Of a stretch of 64,000 nt of DNA, positions 13,862-25,178 are shown piece after piece. The translations under genes and the position numbers were made by a program. Origin of the DNA: Squalus acanthias (lineage: Eukaryota). Within the stretch, counting starts at the first letter, position 1; each line of letters begins with the position of its first letter. The stretch is taken from contig CM059432.1 in assembly GCA_030390025.1 (NCBI GenBank), forward strand, positions 24,182,001 through 24,246,000. Direction: 5' to 3'. The notes beneath the pieces are model-generated. The model was not told the origin of the DNA, did no database searches, and was given only the letters and a program-made list of their open reading frames with translations.

Positions 13862-15067
13862 CATAAGAACATAAGAACATAAGAAATAGGAGCAGGAGTT
13901 GGCCAATTGGCCCCTCGAGCCTGCTCCGCCATTCAATAAGATCATGGCTGATCTGATCCTAACCGCCAATCTACTATCACAGAACCATCTCCTGAACCTA
14001 ACAGAATTGGACACACGAAATAGGAGCAGGATCAGGCTACACAGCCCCTGGGCCCGCTACGCTACCCACAGGGCCATGACCGATCCGAACCTAGACTCAT
14101 GTCCAAATTCCTGCCCGCTCCCCGTAACCCTTAATTCCCTTTACTTCTAGGAAACTGTCTATTTCTGTTTTAAATTTATGTAATGATGTAGCTTCTACAG
14201 CTTTTTGGGGCAGCATATTCCATGGACCTACCACCCTCTGAGTGAAGTAGTTCCTTCTCATCTCAGTTTTGAAAGAGCAGCCCCTTATTCTAAGACTATG
14301 CCCCCTAGTTCTAGTTTCACCCATCATCGGGAACATCCTCCCCACATCCACCCAGTCCAACCCCTTCACAATCTTATATGTTTCAATAAGATCGCCTCTC
14401 ATTCTTCTGAACTCTAATGAGTAGAGTCCCAATCTACCCAACCTCTCCTCATATGTCCATCCCCTCATCCCCGGGATTAACCGAGTGAACCTTCTTTGTA
14501 CTGACTCGAGAGCAAGTATGTCTTTTCTTAAGTATGGACACCAAAACTGTATGCAGTATTCCAGGTGCGGTCTCACCAATACCTTGTACAACTGAAGCAA
14601 TACCTCCCTATTTTTATATTCTATCCCCCTAGCAATGAAAGCCAACATTCCATTGGCCTTCTTAATCACTTGCTGCACCTGCATACTAACCTTTTGAGTT
14701 TTGTGCACCAGGACCCCCAGATCCCTTTGTACTTCAGTACTTTCCAGTTCCTTGCCATTAAGATAATAACTTGCTCTACTATTTTTCCTGCCAAAGTGCA
14801 TAACCTCACACTTTCCAGTATTGTATTCCATCTGCCAAATCTCTGCCCACTTACTTAGCCTGTCTATGTCCCCTTGCAGATTTCTTATGTCCTCACTCAC
14901 TACTTTCCCTCCCATCTTAGTATCATCTGCAAACTTTGATATGTTACACTCGATCCCCTCCTCCAAATCGTTAATATAGATTGTAAAGAGTTGGGGACCC
15001 AGCACTGACCCCTGCGGAACACCACTAGTTACTGATTGCCAGTCTGAGAATGAACCATTTATCCCAC
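13862..15067 (-). mobile_element. 5'-truncated CR1 LINE with an uninterrupted RT/C-terminal frame and a duplicated 3' UTR
   Basis: ORF 14097-15083: GVPQGSVLGP, FADDTK, LVRPHLEYC, RGDLIE; (ttcttatg)n tail. Confidence 0.95.
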
Positions 15068-15617
15068 CTGGAGTAATGTGCACAGTTTGGTCTCCTTATC
15101 TGAGAAAGGACATACATGCCTTAGAGGTGGTGCAACAAAGGTTCACTAGATTGATCCCTGGGATGAGAGGGTTTTCCTATGAGAGAGATTGAGTAGATTG
15201 GGCCTATACTCTCTGGAGTTTAGAAGAATGAGAGGTGATCTCATTGAAACATATTAGATTCTGAGGGGGATTGACAGGGTAGATGCTGAGAGGTTGTTTC
15301 CCCTGGCTGGAGAGTCTAGAAGTAGGGGGCATTGTCTCAGGATAAGTGGTCGGCCATTTAAGACTGAGATGAGGAGAAATTTCTTCACTCGGAGGGTTGT
15401 GAATCTTTGGAATTCTCTACCCCAGAGGGCTGTGGATGTTGAGTATATTCAAGGCTGAGATAGATAGATTTTTGGACTCTAGGGGAATCAAGGGATATGG
15501 GGATCGGGCAGGAAAGTGGAGTTGAGGTCAAATTTCAGCCATGATCTTATTGAATGGTGGAGCAGGCTCGAAGGGCCATATGGCCTGCTCCTGCTCCTAA
15601 TTCTTATGTCTTATGTT
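15068..15617 (+). mobile_element. CR1 3' fragment (older), back-to-back with the previous copy
   Basis: LEFRRMRGDLIE, FFTRRVVNLWNSL; tail ttcttatgtcttatg. Confidence 0.9.
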
Positions 15618-16169
15618 GTTAAGGAATGTTATGTGAACAACAGCAACAACAATCAATGCATTATCAAAGAACATTATTGAGTCATTACGCATTTGAGTGA
15701 ACTCTGACTGTTCTCACATTTGAACTGGCCAATATTACTGTTAAACAAGAAATTTTCACATCTGATATATTTTACGGGACATAAAATGAAGAAGCAGTTG
15801 TTTGCGCATATAGATTCAGGGTCCCCGTTAGCATGCAATGTAATGTTACTGCTGTGGTTCCCATGCTCAGCAGCATGTTAAATTTAATCAACAGTGTGTG
15901 TGAAGTGCTGTTTCTCTGCTATTCCTTAACTGCTATGTGTGGAGGAAGTAACCAGCTGGCTATACAGTCAAAATTCAGGCAGTTGAAAAAGGCAGAACCC
16001 TCACACTTGACACACTGTATAAAAACATTCACTTCACAACAATCTTTTTTTGTAATACTAGCATTAATTTAGTGAAGACAAATTTGGTGTAAAGCAATCT
16101 GTATTTGACAAATGCTTTCCTCCTGTGTGCTCTGGGGTGGGGTGATGATGGGTCAGGACCTGTAGACTG

Positions 16170-16350
16170 TGGCTGTTTGGGTGTTAGCCATGGGACCTTG
16201 CTGTGCGCATATTGACTGCTGCGATTCCTACATTACAACAGTGACAACATCTCAAAAGTACTTAATAGCCTGTAAAATGCTTTGGGACGTCCTGTTGCCA
16301 TATAAATGCAAGTCATTCTTTCTTTCTTTCTTTCTTGTTTGTTTGTTTGT
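16170..16350 (+). mobile_element. SacSINE1-like 3' half
   Basis: cattacaacagtgac...ctttgggacgtcc...tataaatgcaagt plus a tttc/tttg tail. Confidence 0.6.
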
Positions 16351-16476
16351 TTTATAAGACGCTTCCAGCTCGTGTGGCTCAAACCAGAGGATCTTGTTAT
16401 CAAGTGTTCTGCTCTTCCATGGCTTGACAGTATTCCCTTGATCATCATTTGCCTTCAGGGGTTATGGAGAGCTCAC

Positions 16477-16576
16477 TTTCTCCAGACCTCTCATCATTCG
16501 GGCATCATCGCCCTCCTCCTCCAAAATGATGATGGTGTCGTGGCCTAAAGACTCCAGAGATGCAGAAGGATCATCA
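16477..16576 (-). CDS. Candidate 100-bp host exon, product unknown (xDDPSASLESLGHDTIIILEEEGDDARMMRGLEK)
   Basis: Acceptor tgtttcatatttccag and donor AAA|gtgagc; only one of three frames open; not recognisably repeat-derived. Confidence 0.35.
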
Positions 16577-17309
16577 CTGGAAATATGAAACAATGATTTT
16601 AGCAATTAACTTTCAATTCTCCATTAACATAGACTGCTTTTGCAATTAGATTTTTTTTTCCAAAAGGCAGAAAACCAATAAATAATTTATTTACTTCATT
16701 CCCAGCAGCTGGTCAATTACAAATTTTATGCATCAGCTTTGTGAGGTTTTAGTAAATATTATTGACAAGCATATTATTCAAAAATTGGGAAAATTGCTTT
16801 GATAATGATTTCTTTTGATGAGTAAATTTTATCAAGTGTAATTTTATCTGAATTGGAAGGGTCAAAGTACGTGTTTAGTACCTGGAAGATGATATCCTTG
16901 ACTCAATGGAAATAAAAATGGGGAGAGATGTAAAACAGGCTGCCGATTTACTATCACCTCTTTAACACTATCGCACAGTCAAAATCTACCCCATAATCTT
17001 TTAAACATGTTTCGGGCTATATAACTATGGGCCCCTACTCATTTTGAGTTGGGTTTGGACTACCCAAGTTCATTTTATGTAAGATCTTTACAGCCAAAAG
17101 GGAGGGGCGTATTTTGTTCGAATGGTCTGGGCTGGATTCCAGAGATGAAAGGATAATGTGCTCACCTACTATAACCTAAAGCCCACTAAAGGGTGCTGTA
17201 CCGTCCCCAGCTCCCCTTTAATAAGTCTGCGCTGTAAGCTAGTGTGCCTGCTCTGTCAGGGCGTTCAGGTAACTATGTAATCAAGTACAATTCTGTCAAT
17301 GACAGAATT

Positions 17310-17632
17310 TTCTTTGGCAGCACCTCCCAAACCCACGACCTCTACCACCTAGAAGGACAAGGGCAGCAGGCGCATTGGAACACCGTCAACTGCAAGTTCC
17401 CTTCCAAATCACACACCGCCCTGACTTGGAAATATATCGCTGTTCCTTCATCATCGCTGGGTCAAAATCCTGGAACTCCCTCCCTAACAGCAATGTGAGA
17501 GTACCTTCACCACACGGACTGCAGGGGTTCAAGAAGGCAGCTCACCACCACCTTCTCAAGGGTAATTCGGGATGGGCAATAAATGCTGGGTTTGCCAGCG
17601 ATGCCCACATCCCATGAACGAGTAAAAATAAA
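17310..17632 (+). mobile_element. 3' fragment of a second APE-RT LINE family (CR1-group/jockey-like, here 'family B')
   Basis: KSWNSLP...FKKAAHHHL; 3' end aataaatgctgg...cccacatccc matches 53750-54075. Confidence 0.85.
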
Positions 17633-17919
17633 ATGAGGTGTCTGTGTAAGACATGGGAGGCCTAAAATTTCTGGGGCACAGCTGTGCCAAATAAAGTGCA
17701 GAATGGCAGCCAATCTGCAGGGCTTGTGACCCTGTCGGAATTCCCAGTGTCCGGCTCATTTTTATGGGGGTGCACCACTGATGATGTTACTCTAGAGTAG
17801 CACCTTTCTGTAGTGTAAAGGCTGTTCTGGCTGAAGATGGCCACAGAGACCATATTTTTTAAAGAATTTGTAGTTGGCATTTTCCCAACGGTAATCAATT
17901 GCTCTGCATAAGTGTCCAA

Positions 17920-18065
17920 CGTGGCTCAGTGGTAGCACTCTGGCCTCTGAGTCAGATGGTTGTGAGTTCAGGTGCCACTCCAGAGACTTGAGCACATAAT
18001 CTAAGTTGACACTTCAGTTGGAGGTGCCATCTTTCAGCTAAGATGTTAACCCGAGGCCGTCTGGT
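17920..18065 (+). mobile_element. SacSINE1-like 5' half
   Basis: gtggctcagtggtagcactctggcctctgagtcag tRNA-like head. Confidence 0.65.
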
Positions 18066-18213
18066 TCTCTGGCATAGCAACATGCCTGCATCACACAGGC
18101 GTACTTAGCAGTCGGGGCAATGGAAGATAAACTGGAAGGACATTATTCTATCTCTCTCACCTCATCTGATGATGAATGCACCAGGGAAGGGAGGGGATGG
18201 GGGCGGCAGGAGG

Positions 18214-20650
18214 TTTTTTTATTCATTTCTGGGATGTGGGCGTCGCTGGCAAGGCCAGCATTTATTGCCCATCTCTAATTGCCTTTGAGAAGGTGGTGGT
18301 GAGCCACCTTCTTGAACTGCTGCAGTCTGTGCGGTGAAGGTTCTCCCATAGTGCTGTTAGGGAGGGAGTTCCAGGATCTGACACAGTGACGATGAAGGAA
18401 TGACAATATATTTCCAAGTCAGGATGGTGTGTGACTTGGAGGGGAACTTGGAGGTGATGCAGTTCTAATGTGCCTACTGCCCTTGTCCTTCTAGGTGGTA
18501 GAGGTCGCGTGTTTGAGAGGTGCTGTTGAAGAAGCCTTAGCGAGTTGCTGCAGTGCATACTGTAGATGGTACATACTGCAGCCACGGTGTGCCGGTGGTG
18601 GAGGGAGTGAATGTTTAAGGTGGTAGACGGGGTGCAAATTAAGTGGGCTGCTTTGTCCTGGATGGTGTCGAGCTTCTTTAGTGTTGTTGGAGATGCGCTC
18701 ATCCAGGCAAGTGGAGAGTATTCCATCACACTCTTTGTAGATGGCGGAAAGGAAGCTTTGGGGAATCAGGAGGTGGGACACTCACCACAGAATACCTAGC
18801 CTCTGACCTGCTCTTGTTGCCACAGTATTTATGTGGCTGGTCCAGTTAAGTTTCTGGCCAATGGTGAACCACAGGATGTTGATGGTGGGGGATTCGGCGA
18901 TGGTAATGCTGTTGAAAGTCAAGGGGCTGTGGTTAGACTCTCGCTTGTTGGAGATAGTCATTGCCTGGCACTTGTGTGGCGCGAATGTTACCTGCCACTT
19001 ACCAGCCCAAGCCTGAATGTCGTCCAGGTCTTGTTGCATTCGTGCATGGACTGCTTCATTATCTGAGGAGTTGCGAATGGCACTGAACATTGTGCAGTCA
19101 TCAGCAAACATCCCTATTTCTGACCTTATGTTGTAGGGAAGGTCATTAATGAAGCAGCTGAAGATGGTTGGGCCTGGGACACTGCCCTGAGGAACTCCTG
19201 CAGCGATGTCCTGGTGCCGTGATGATTGACCTCCAACCACCACAACCATTATCCTTTGTGCTAGGTATGACTCCAACCAGTGGAGAGTTTTCCCCATGAT
19301 TCCCATTGACTTCAATTTTACTAGGGCTCCTTGATGCCACACTCGGTCAAATGCTGCCTTGATGTCAAGGGCAGTCACTTTCACCTCACCTCTGGAATTC
19401 AGCTCTTTTGTCCATGTTTGGACCAAGGCTGTAATGAGGTCTGGAGCCGAGTGGTCTTAGTGGGCATCAGTGAGCAAGTTATTGGTGAGTAAGTGCCGCT
19501 TAGTAGGATTTGTCCTGCTTTTTGTGGACAGGACATACCTGGGCAATTTTCCATATTGTTGGATGCTGTTCCAGTGTTGTAGCTGTACTGGAACAGCATG
19601 GCTAGAGGCGCGGCTAGTTCTGGAGCACAAGTCTTCAGCACAACAGCCGGGATGTTGTCGGAACCCATATGGCTGGATTTTGATACTGGGGTCGGGTTGG
19701 TGTCGTGAATCCCACTTTTTGGGTTGTAGACCCGCCTCCATTGACTTGTGGCCAACCCACTGTATTTTCCCTTGATTGGCCTTGTTGAGCCCGCCCATTG
19801 GGCTCAGCAGGCCAATTAAGGGCCACCCGGCAACAGGTGACATCACAGATTGACATTTCATCTGTCAAGAGCTTTTGACAGATGAAATATCAGCGTTTGA
19901 CAGCTCTGTGAAGCTGGCAAACACTCACAATATGATTTCTAACTTGAGTCCTTCCTCTCAGGCTGAGTTAGAAATCATTCCAGCACAGAAAAAAGAAGGC
20001 TGGAGTTTTTGACAGCACCACGGCTTTTCTGCTTTCTGTGCCGGTGAGATTTCTGACTCCCGAGAACTGAAGGGCTGACACCTGCAGGAGGAAGTTAAGG
20101 TAAGTAAAACATTTTTCCACACTTTGCACTTAGCTTACACACTTACCTCTGCACACATGCACCCATCACTCACCTGCCCACCGGACATATCGACCCCTCC
20201 AACCCCTGCAGACCCACGGTCCGCCCCGATAACTTGCCGTGGTTGGCACCTGTCGGGAAGCCCACATTTCAGCGATTAAAATAGGGATTAGGCAAAAAAC
20301 TGCCTGTTAACTACCTGTTAATAGGCGGTTAATTGTCACTAATCCCTTCCCGCCTCGGGGAGTCGGGTCCCAGCACAGGTCGGGTACCCGCCGCCAGCGA
20401 AACTGGCATGGAGGCGGGTTGGAGGCGGGATGGGGTCGGGACCCCAGAATCTGCAACTTTAACCCCCCACACGCCTCCAAACCCGCCTCCACGGGTCAGT
20501 GAAAATCCAGCCCACAGCCTTTGATGTATCCAGTGCGCTCAGTTGTTTCTTGATATCACGTGGAGTGAATAGAATTGGCTGAAGACTGGCTTATGTGATG
20601 CTGGGGACCTCAGGAGGAGGCCGATATGAATCATTCACTCGGCACTTCTG
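18214..20650 (-). mobile_element. Family B LINE, 5'-truncated, internally deleted and interrupted by a MITE
   Basis: ORF 18782-19426: LDIKAAFDRVWH, GVPQGSV, FADDC; colinear with 52400-54075. Confidence 0.9.
19670..20513. mobile_element. Harbinger-type non-autonomous element inserted in the LINE
   Basis: TIR (t)ggctggatttt / aaaatccagccc; 3-bp TSD ata/aca; host LINE resumes on both sides. Confidence 0.85.
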
Positions 20651-20899
20651 CCATAGATCCCCTGAGGCCCTCTCCGGGCCAAAGAATCAGCAAATTAAAA
20701 TTTAAAAATTGTCCGAAGTGAACCATTTGGAGGCACAGCCAAATTAATTGCTCGTGAAGTGAATTGCTTGCTGTAGTAAAACCCCGATTTTAACTCTAGG
20801 CCTGAGTTAAAATTACAGTCAGGTCTCCATGCTGTCATTGGGTCGCAACATGCATATGTAAAGAAGGACCCTGTTGGCTCTGGGCGCATGTCATTGCTG

Positions 20900-22405
20900 C
20901 CTGTAATGTACAAAATGCAACAGCCAATTGGCACACAGCAAGCTCCCACAAACGGCAATGTGATAATGACCAGATAATCTGTTTTAGTGATGTTGGTTGA
21001 GGGATAAATATTGGCCAGGACACCGGGATAACTCCCCTGCTCTTCTTTGAAATAGTGCCATGGGATCTTTTACATCCACCTGAGAGAGAAGACGGAGGCT
21101 CGATTTAATGTCTCATCCGAAAGACAGCATAACTCCGACAGTGCAGCACTCCCTCAATACTGCACAACTCCTGTCAAATCCCTCAGTACTCCCTCAGTAC
21201 TGCACTGGAGTGTCAGCCTAGATTTTGGTGCTTAATTCTCTGGAATGGGACTTGAACCCACAACTTGCTGACTCAGAGGTGTAAGCATCAGCGCAGGCCC
21301 CAAGGATTTTTTTTTGTATCGGACATTTTGTATGATTGTTACTGCTGATTGCCCAGCAGCCTGTTCGGAGAAGATGGGAGGGGCCCAGGTGTTCGTGATG
21401 GACAGGAGATTCCAGCCAGGCCTACAAACTGATTACGGGAGAATGTCTGAGCAGACAGAGTTCGATGGGAAATAATGGGCCCGAGTAGGTGACTCATACG
21501 GTAACGGGCAGAAGAAGTCCATTATAAATTAATGGGAAACCACTTAACCCAGGATCAGGTAAGAAGTGCAGCCCATCATCTGCCATTAACACTAGCATCT
21601 AGATGGGATAGCCCCGAAAGGCAGGAAACCAGACAAAGAAGGGTGATTAAAAAGACATCACTTCAATACACAGACCTTATTGAACTTTTAGGGTATAAGA
21701 GAAGGCAGCTTTGGCCATTCTCGCTCTCTCTAGCATACTGTCGCCTTTGCGTGCCCTCATCTCTGAACCAAGAACCGAGCACTCCGTCCGAGACAGAGAG
21801 AAGAAACCACCACGAGCGACAAGAGCCTCGCCTTGCTCTTCGACTGTAGGAACGAACCTCGAAACTGGGACTTGGATACTGCATCGGCGATACGGAACCA
21901 GGAGACGCGCTCTACACAGGGAAGCAGCGAGCAAGAAAACGGACAATCGGGGTGAGCATTGTCCAAGCCCACGCATCCTTAAGACCACCGGTACTGTGTG
22001 AGGGGGTGTTGTGTGTCCCAACCAAGCTTGAAGGGGCTTAGTGGGGAGGTTCTGTGTGTATTATATAGTGTCTGTTCCGGGGTTTGTGGGACAAGTCCAT
22101 GTTATATTCTGTATAGCAACACGGTGTGATTTGAGGCGTCTTAACACGAGACAGGGGCCTGTTCGACGGGCCAAGTTGTATTGTTGTACTGTTTGTTTTA
22201 CGCCACCAGGCATTTTACGTACTGGAGGCGGGTGTGTGTGTTAACCTTATTAAACACCGTATGGTTGAGTCTGAAAAGCTTGTCTGTGTCCCAATCCTGT
22301 TCACCGTAATTCCTGTCGACTAGAACTAAGTAGGAGAGGTGATTTGAACCACCAAGGCAAACCACCTACAGTGGTGATGGTGCTACCAACTGAGCCATTG
22401 ACTGA
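20900..22405 (-). mobile_element. SacSINE1-like SINE split by a solo LTR
   Basis: Reverse complement of 53-420; head split as ...ctcagagg|LTR|gtggtgatggtgctaccaactgagcc. Confidence 0.8.
21280..22370 (+). mobile_element. Solo LTR (1091 bp; Gypsy or ERV-like)
   Basis: TG...CA ends with short IR tgtaag/cctaca; 4-bp TSD gagg/gtgg; TATA-like tataag near 21694; attaaa near 22249. Confidence 0.75.
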
Positions 22406-24174
22406 CATATAATGTTGCATTAATTGGTGACAGAATTAATCTCACTCAGAGGTTCTACAGGATGGCCGATGGGGAATTGTAAGAATGTCACATCCGTGCA
22501 GTAAGGATTCTTCTCTAAGGATGGGGCTGAGGCACATTGTTGGGGCAGATCAGAGCGAAGTTGGCCTGAGAGCGCTTGATGCTGAAACTGAGGTCCAGAT
22601 TTTCCTCTTTTTATTTTCTATCTGTTTTGGGTGGTTTTGAGGTGGATGGGAACAGGAATTGCCATTCTAATAGCTCCCTGAACTTTGCTACCGTTTCTGG
22701 ACTATGGGGAAAGAGCAAGGACTAATTGGATAGTTCGTTCTATCAGCCGGTACAGACAGGATGGGCCTCATTTTGTGCTGTGTTTTCTTTGTGTCAAATT
22801 TGGTTTGTTAACTGTGAAGCGTCATGGGACATTTTACTATATTAAAAGTGCTATATAAATGCAAGTTGTTATTGTTGTTGTATGACTCTACATTCCTCCA
22901 GAAGTCATGGTGGATGCAAATTATAGGTGAATGAAGGGCGAATGTGAAAATAGTATCCAACATATTGCCCGTCATTAATGCCTTGCATTCCTGGTTCCCA
23001 AAAGTGCTAAGGAAGCAGTGGGGAGGGCGGGGAGGGAGTGGGTGGGCTGTTCCAAAATAAAAGTGCCACCTTGCCTAATGTAATCGACGGCAGAGCACCA
23101 GGCAACACGGAAGATTTCAAAGAAATATTTGTTTCAATAAATAAGATTTAAGAGAAACCGCCGAATTAGCTTGTCCCTGGAGGACCACCAGCGGGGCACA
23201 CCGGCGGGCAGAAGGCCCACCCCGATGCACTTCTGTGGAAGCCTTGCCATGGAGAAAATTCTAGGCCCGAGTGTCCGGAATGGAACTTGCTCCACTCAGC
23301 AGCACTAACATCCCTGATCTTGATGAATACAAGTGAAAAGTTATTAATAAATGATGAAAGAAAGTAATGTCACTCGACAGCATGGCTCGACATGAACTGG
23401 AGCTCCAGTGCGTTGTGTTAAAGGATGGTAAAGCATGGATCTGCATTCATGATTCCTCCATAGTGGGTTGGCATCGAGCATTGCATAAAAACTAGGCATC
23501 CGAATTTATATACGTCGATACAGACTAGTTATCTATATTAGACATATGGCTAATGAATATTCATGAGAAGCCAAGGGACCAACAGTTTAGTTAACTGCAA
23601 ATAGTGTTCAGCGGTAAGGTGTTGAGAATTACTACATCTGCAGCTATACTTGGTGATGGACCCTGAAAGCTAACCTCAAGATTGAAGCCTCAAGAGTGAA
23701 GCAACAGGATGGTGAGATAGTGAAATAAGTGTTTGAAGTTACACTTGTGCAGTGTTGATTCACATGTTACTTTTGCTGTTTAGATTATTACAAAATAACA
23801 GTTTGTGTAAAATTGGTATTTCTAATCTGACCCACCAACTGAGATTTGCCAATCTAGGTGTATAATGATTTGAAAGATGCTCAGCAGACAATACACGCGA
23901 TGTTAGCCACCAGAGGGGCATGAGAGCATGAGGGCAGTTCAATATTCTGAATGAATTCTATCATTGCATTTGATGTACTCTTACCACTGAGTACACTGGA
24001 GAGAGTTAGGGTGCGCTCTTCCATGTATTATAATAATAGTAAAGAAGAAAAGATCACCAGTTCTTTAAACTCCATTATGTTTGGACGGTAGGTAAAGATT
24101 CACTGGAAAATGGCTGTCATGCTGATACTGAAGAACATCTATCTGTAAAGCTGAAGTACAGGTATATTATCATC

Positions 24175-24410
24175 AGCAATAACTTGCACTAACATAGTAC
24201 CCTTATCTTAGAAAACATACCAAGGTGCTTTACAAGGAAGGATCAGACACTAAATAGGAATTGGGAAGAAAGTTAGGGATGGTGATAAAGATGCAGTTGA
24301 GAAGGTAGGTTTCGAAGAGGCTTTTGAAATTGGGGAGCAATGTTTGCAAAAGAGAATGGTTTAGGAAAGGAATTCCAGAGTGCAGGGCCATGGTGGCTGA
24401 AGGCTCTGCC
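24175..24410 (-). mobile_element. Degenerate L2-like 3' fragment
   Basis: aacttgca tail and gaattccagagtgcagggcc...ggctgaaggc, the reverse complement of an L2-like F...AP.LWNSLP end. Confidence 0.5.
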
Positions 24411-25178
24411 AAACAAATGGGAACTAGAGCTGGAGGAGGTTGTGCAAGTAGAAGGGAGAGATCTAACAGAACAAATAAGCTTCAGGAGGATTATTAATCA
24501 AAGAGCTGGCAGACAAGGAGCCAGTGGAGATTTGCAAGGATAGAGTGTTAGCTGAGTGACACTTAATACAGGATAGGATGCAGGCAGTGTCAGGGCAATG
24601 TAGAGCTCATAGTTTATCTCTTTAAATTGGAGGTGTCTGTTTCATTTTTTTTTGATTTGCCAAAATTTGGAATTCAGGGAAGAACCCTTCAATTGATGTC
24701 TTTTTTGCTTGTGCTGAGAAGAGTTGAAGTCATTTCTTCAGGGAGATGTTTCCTGCAGCACCCTCATGGCAACTCCTGCAGGCTCCTTTACCATTATTAA
24801 ATAATATACCACAGTGAATTAAAATGGCAGGTTTCAAATCATTTTTTGGAAAAGTTGACATGCTTTCAAATGCTATTCCCTCAACAAAACTCAAGATTTT
24901 AATGACTACCTGGGAGTGATTGAAATGCAGTAATCTCAAAAAGGAGTTAAGAATGAGATCATAAACCAAGAGCCATTTGTAACTGAGATATTTGCAGTGA
25001 TGGTCCAAGCTCTGCTATACTGGTTGTAAACAGTTTTGCGTAATTTAAAAACCTATGTGAAAGGCTAAGCCATGTAATACATAGATACATAGATACATAG
25101 AAGATAGGAGCAGGAGTAGGCCATCCGGCCCTTCGAGCCTGCTCCGCCATTTAATGAGATCATGGCTGATCCTCCAAT

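Noticed and set aside
13862..15617. Twin-priming inversion of one CR1
   Set aside because: Both halves have their own tails, cover overlapping ORF regions and are diverged; they are two separate insertions.
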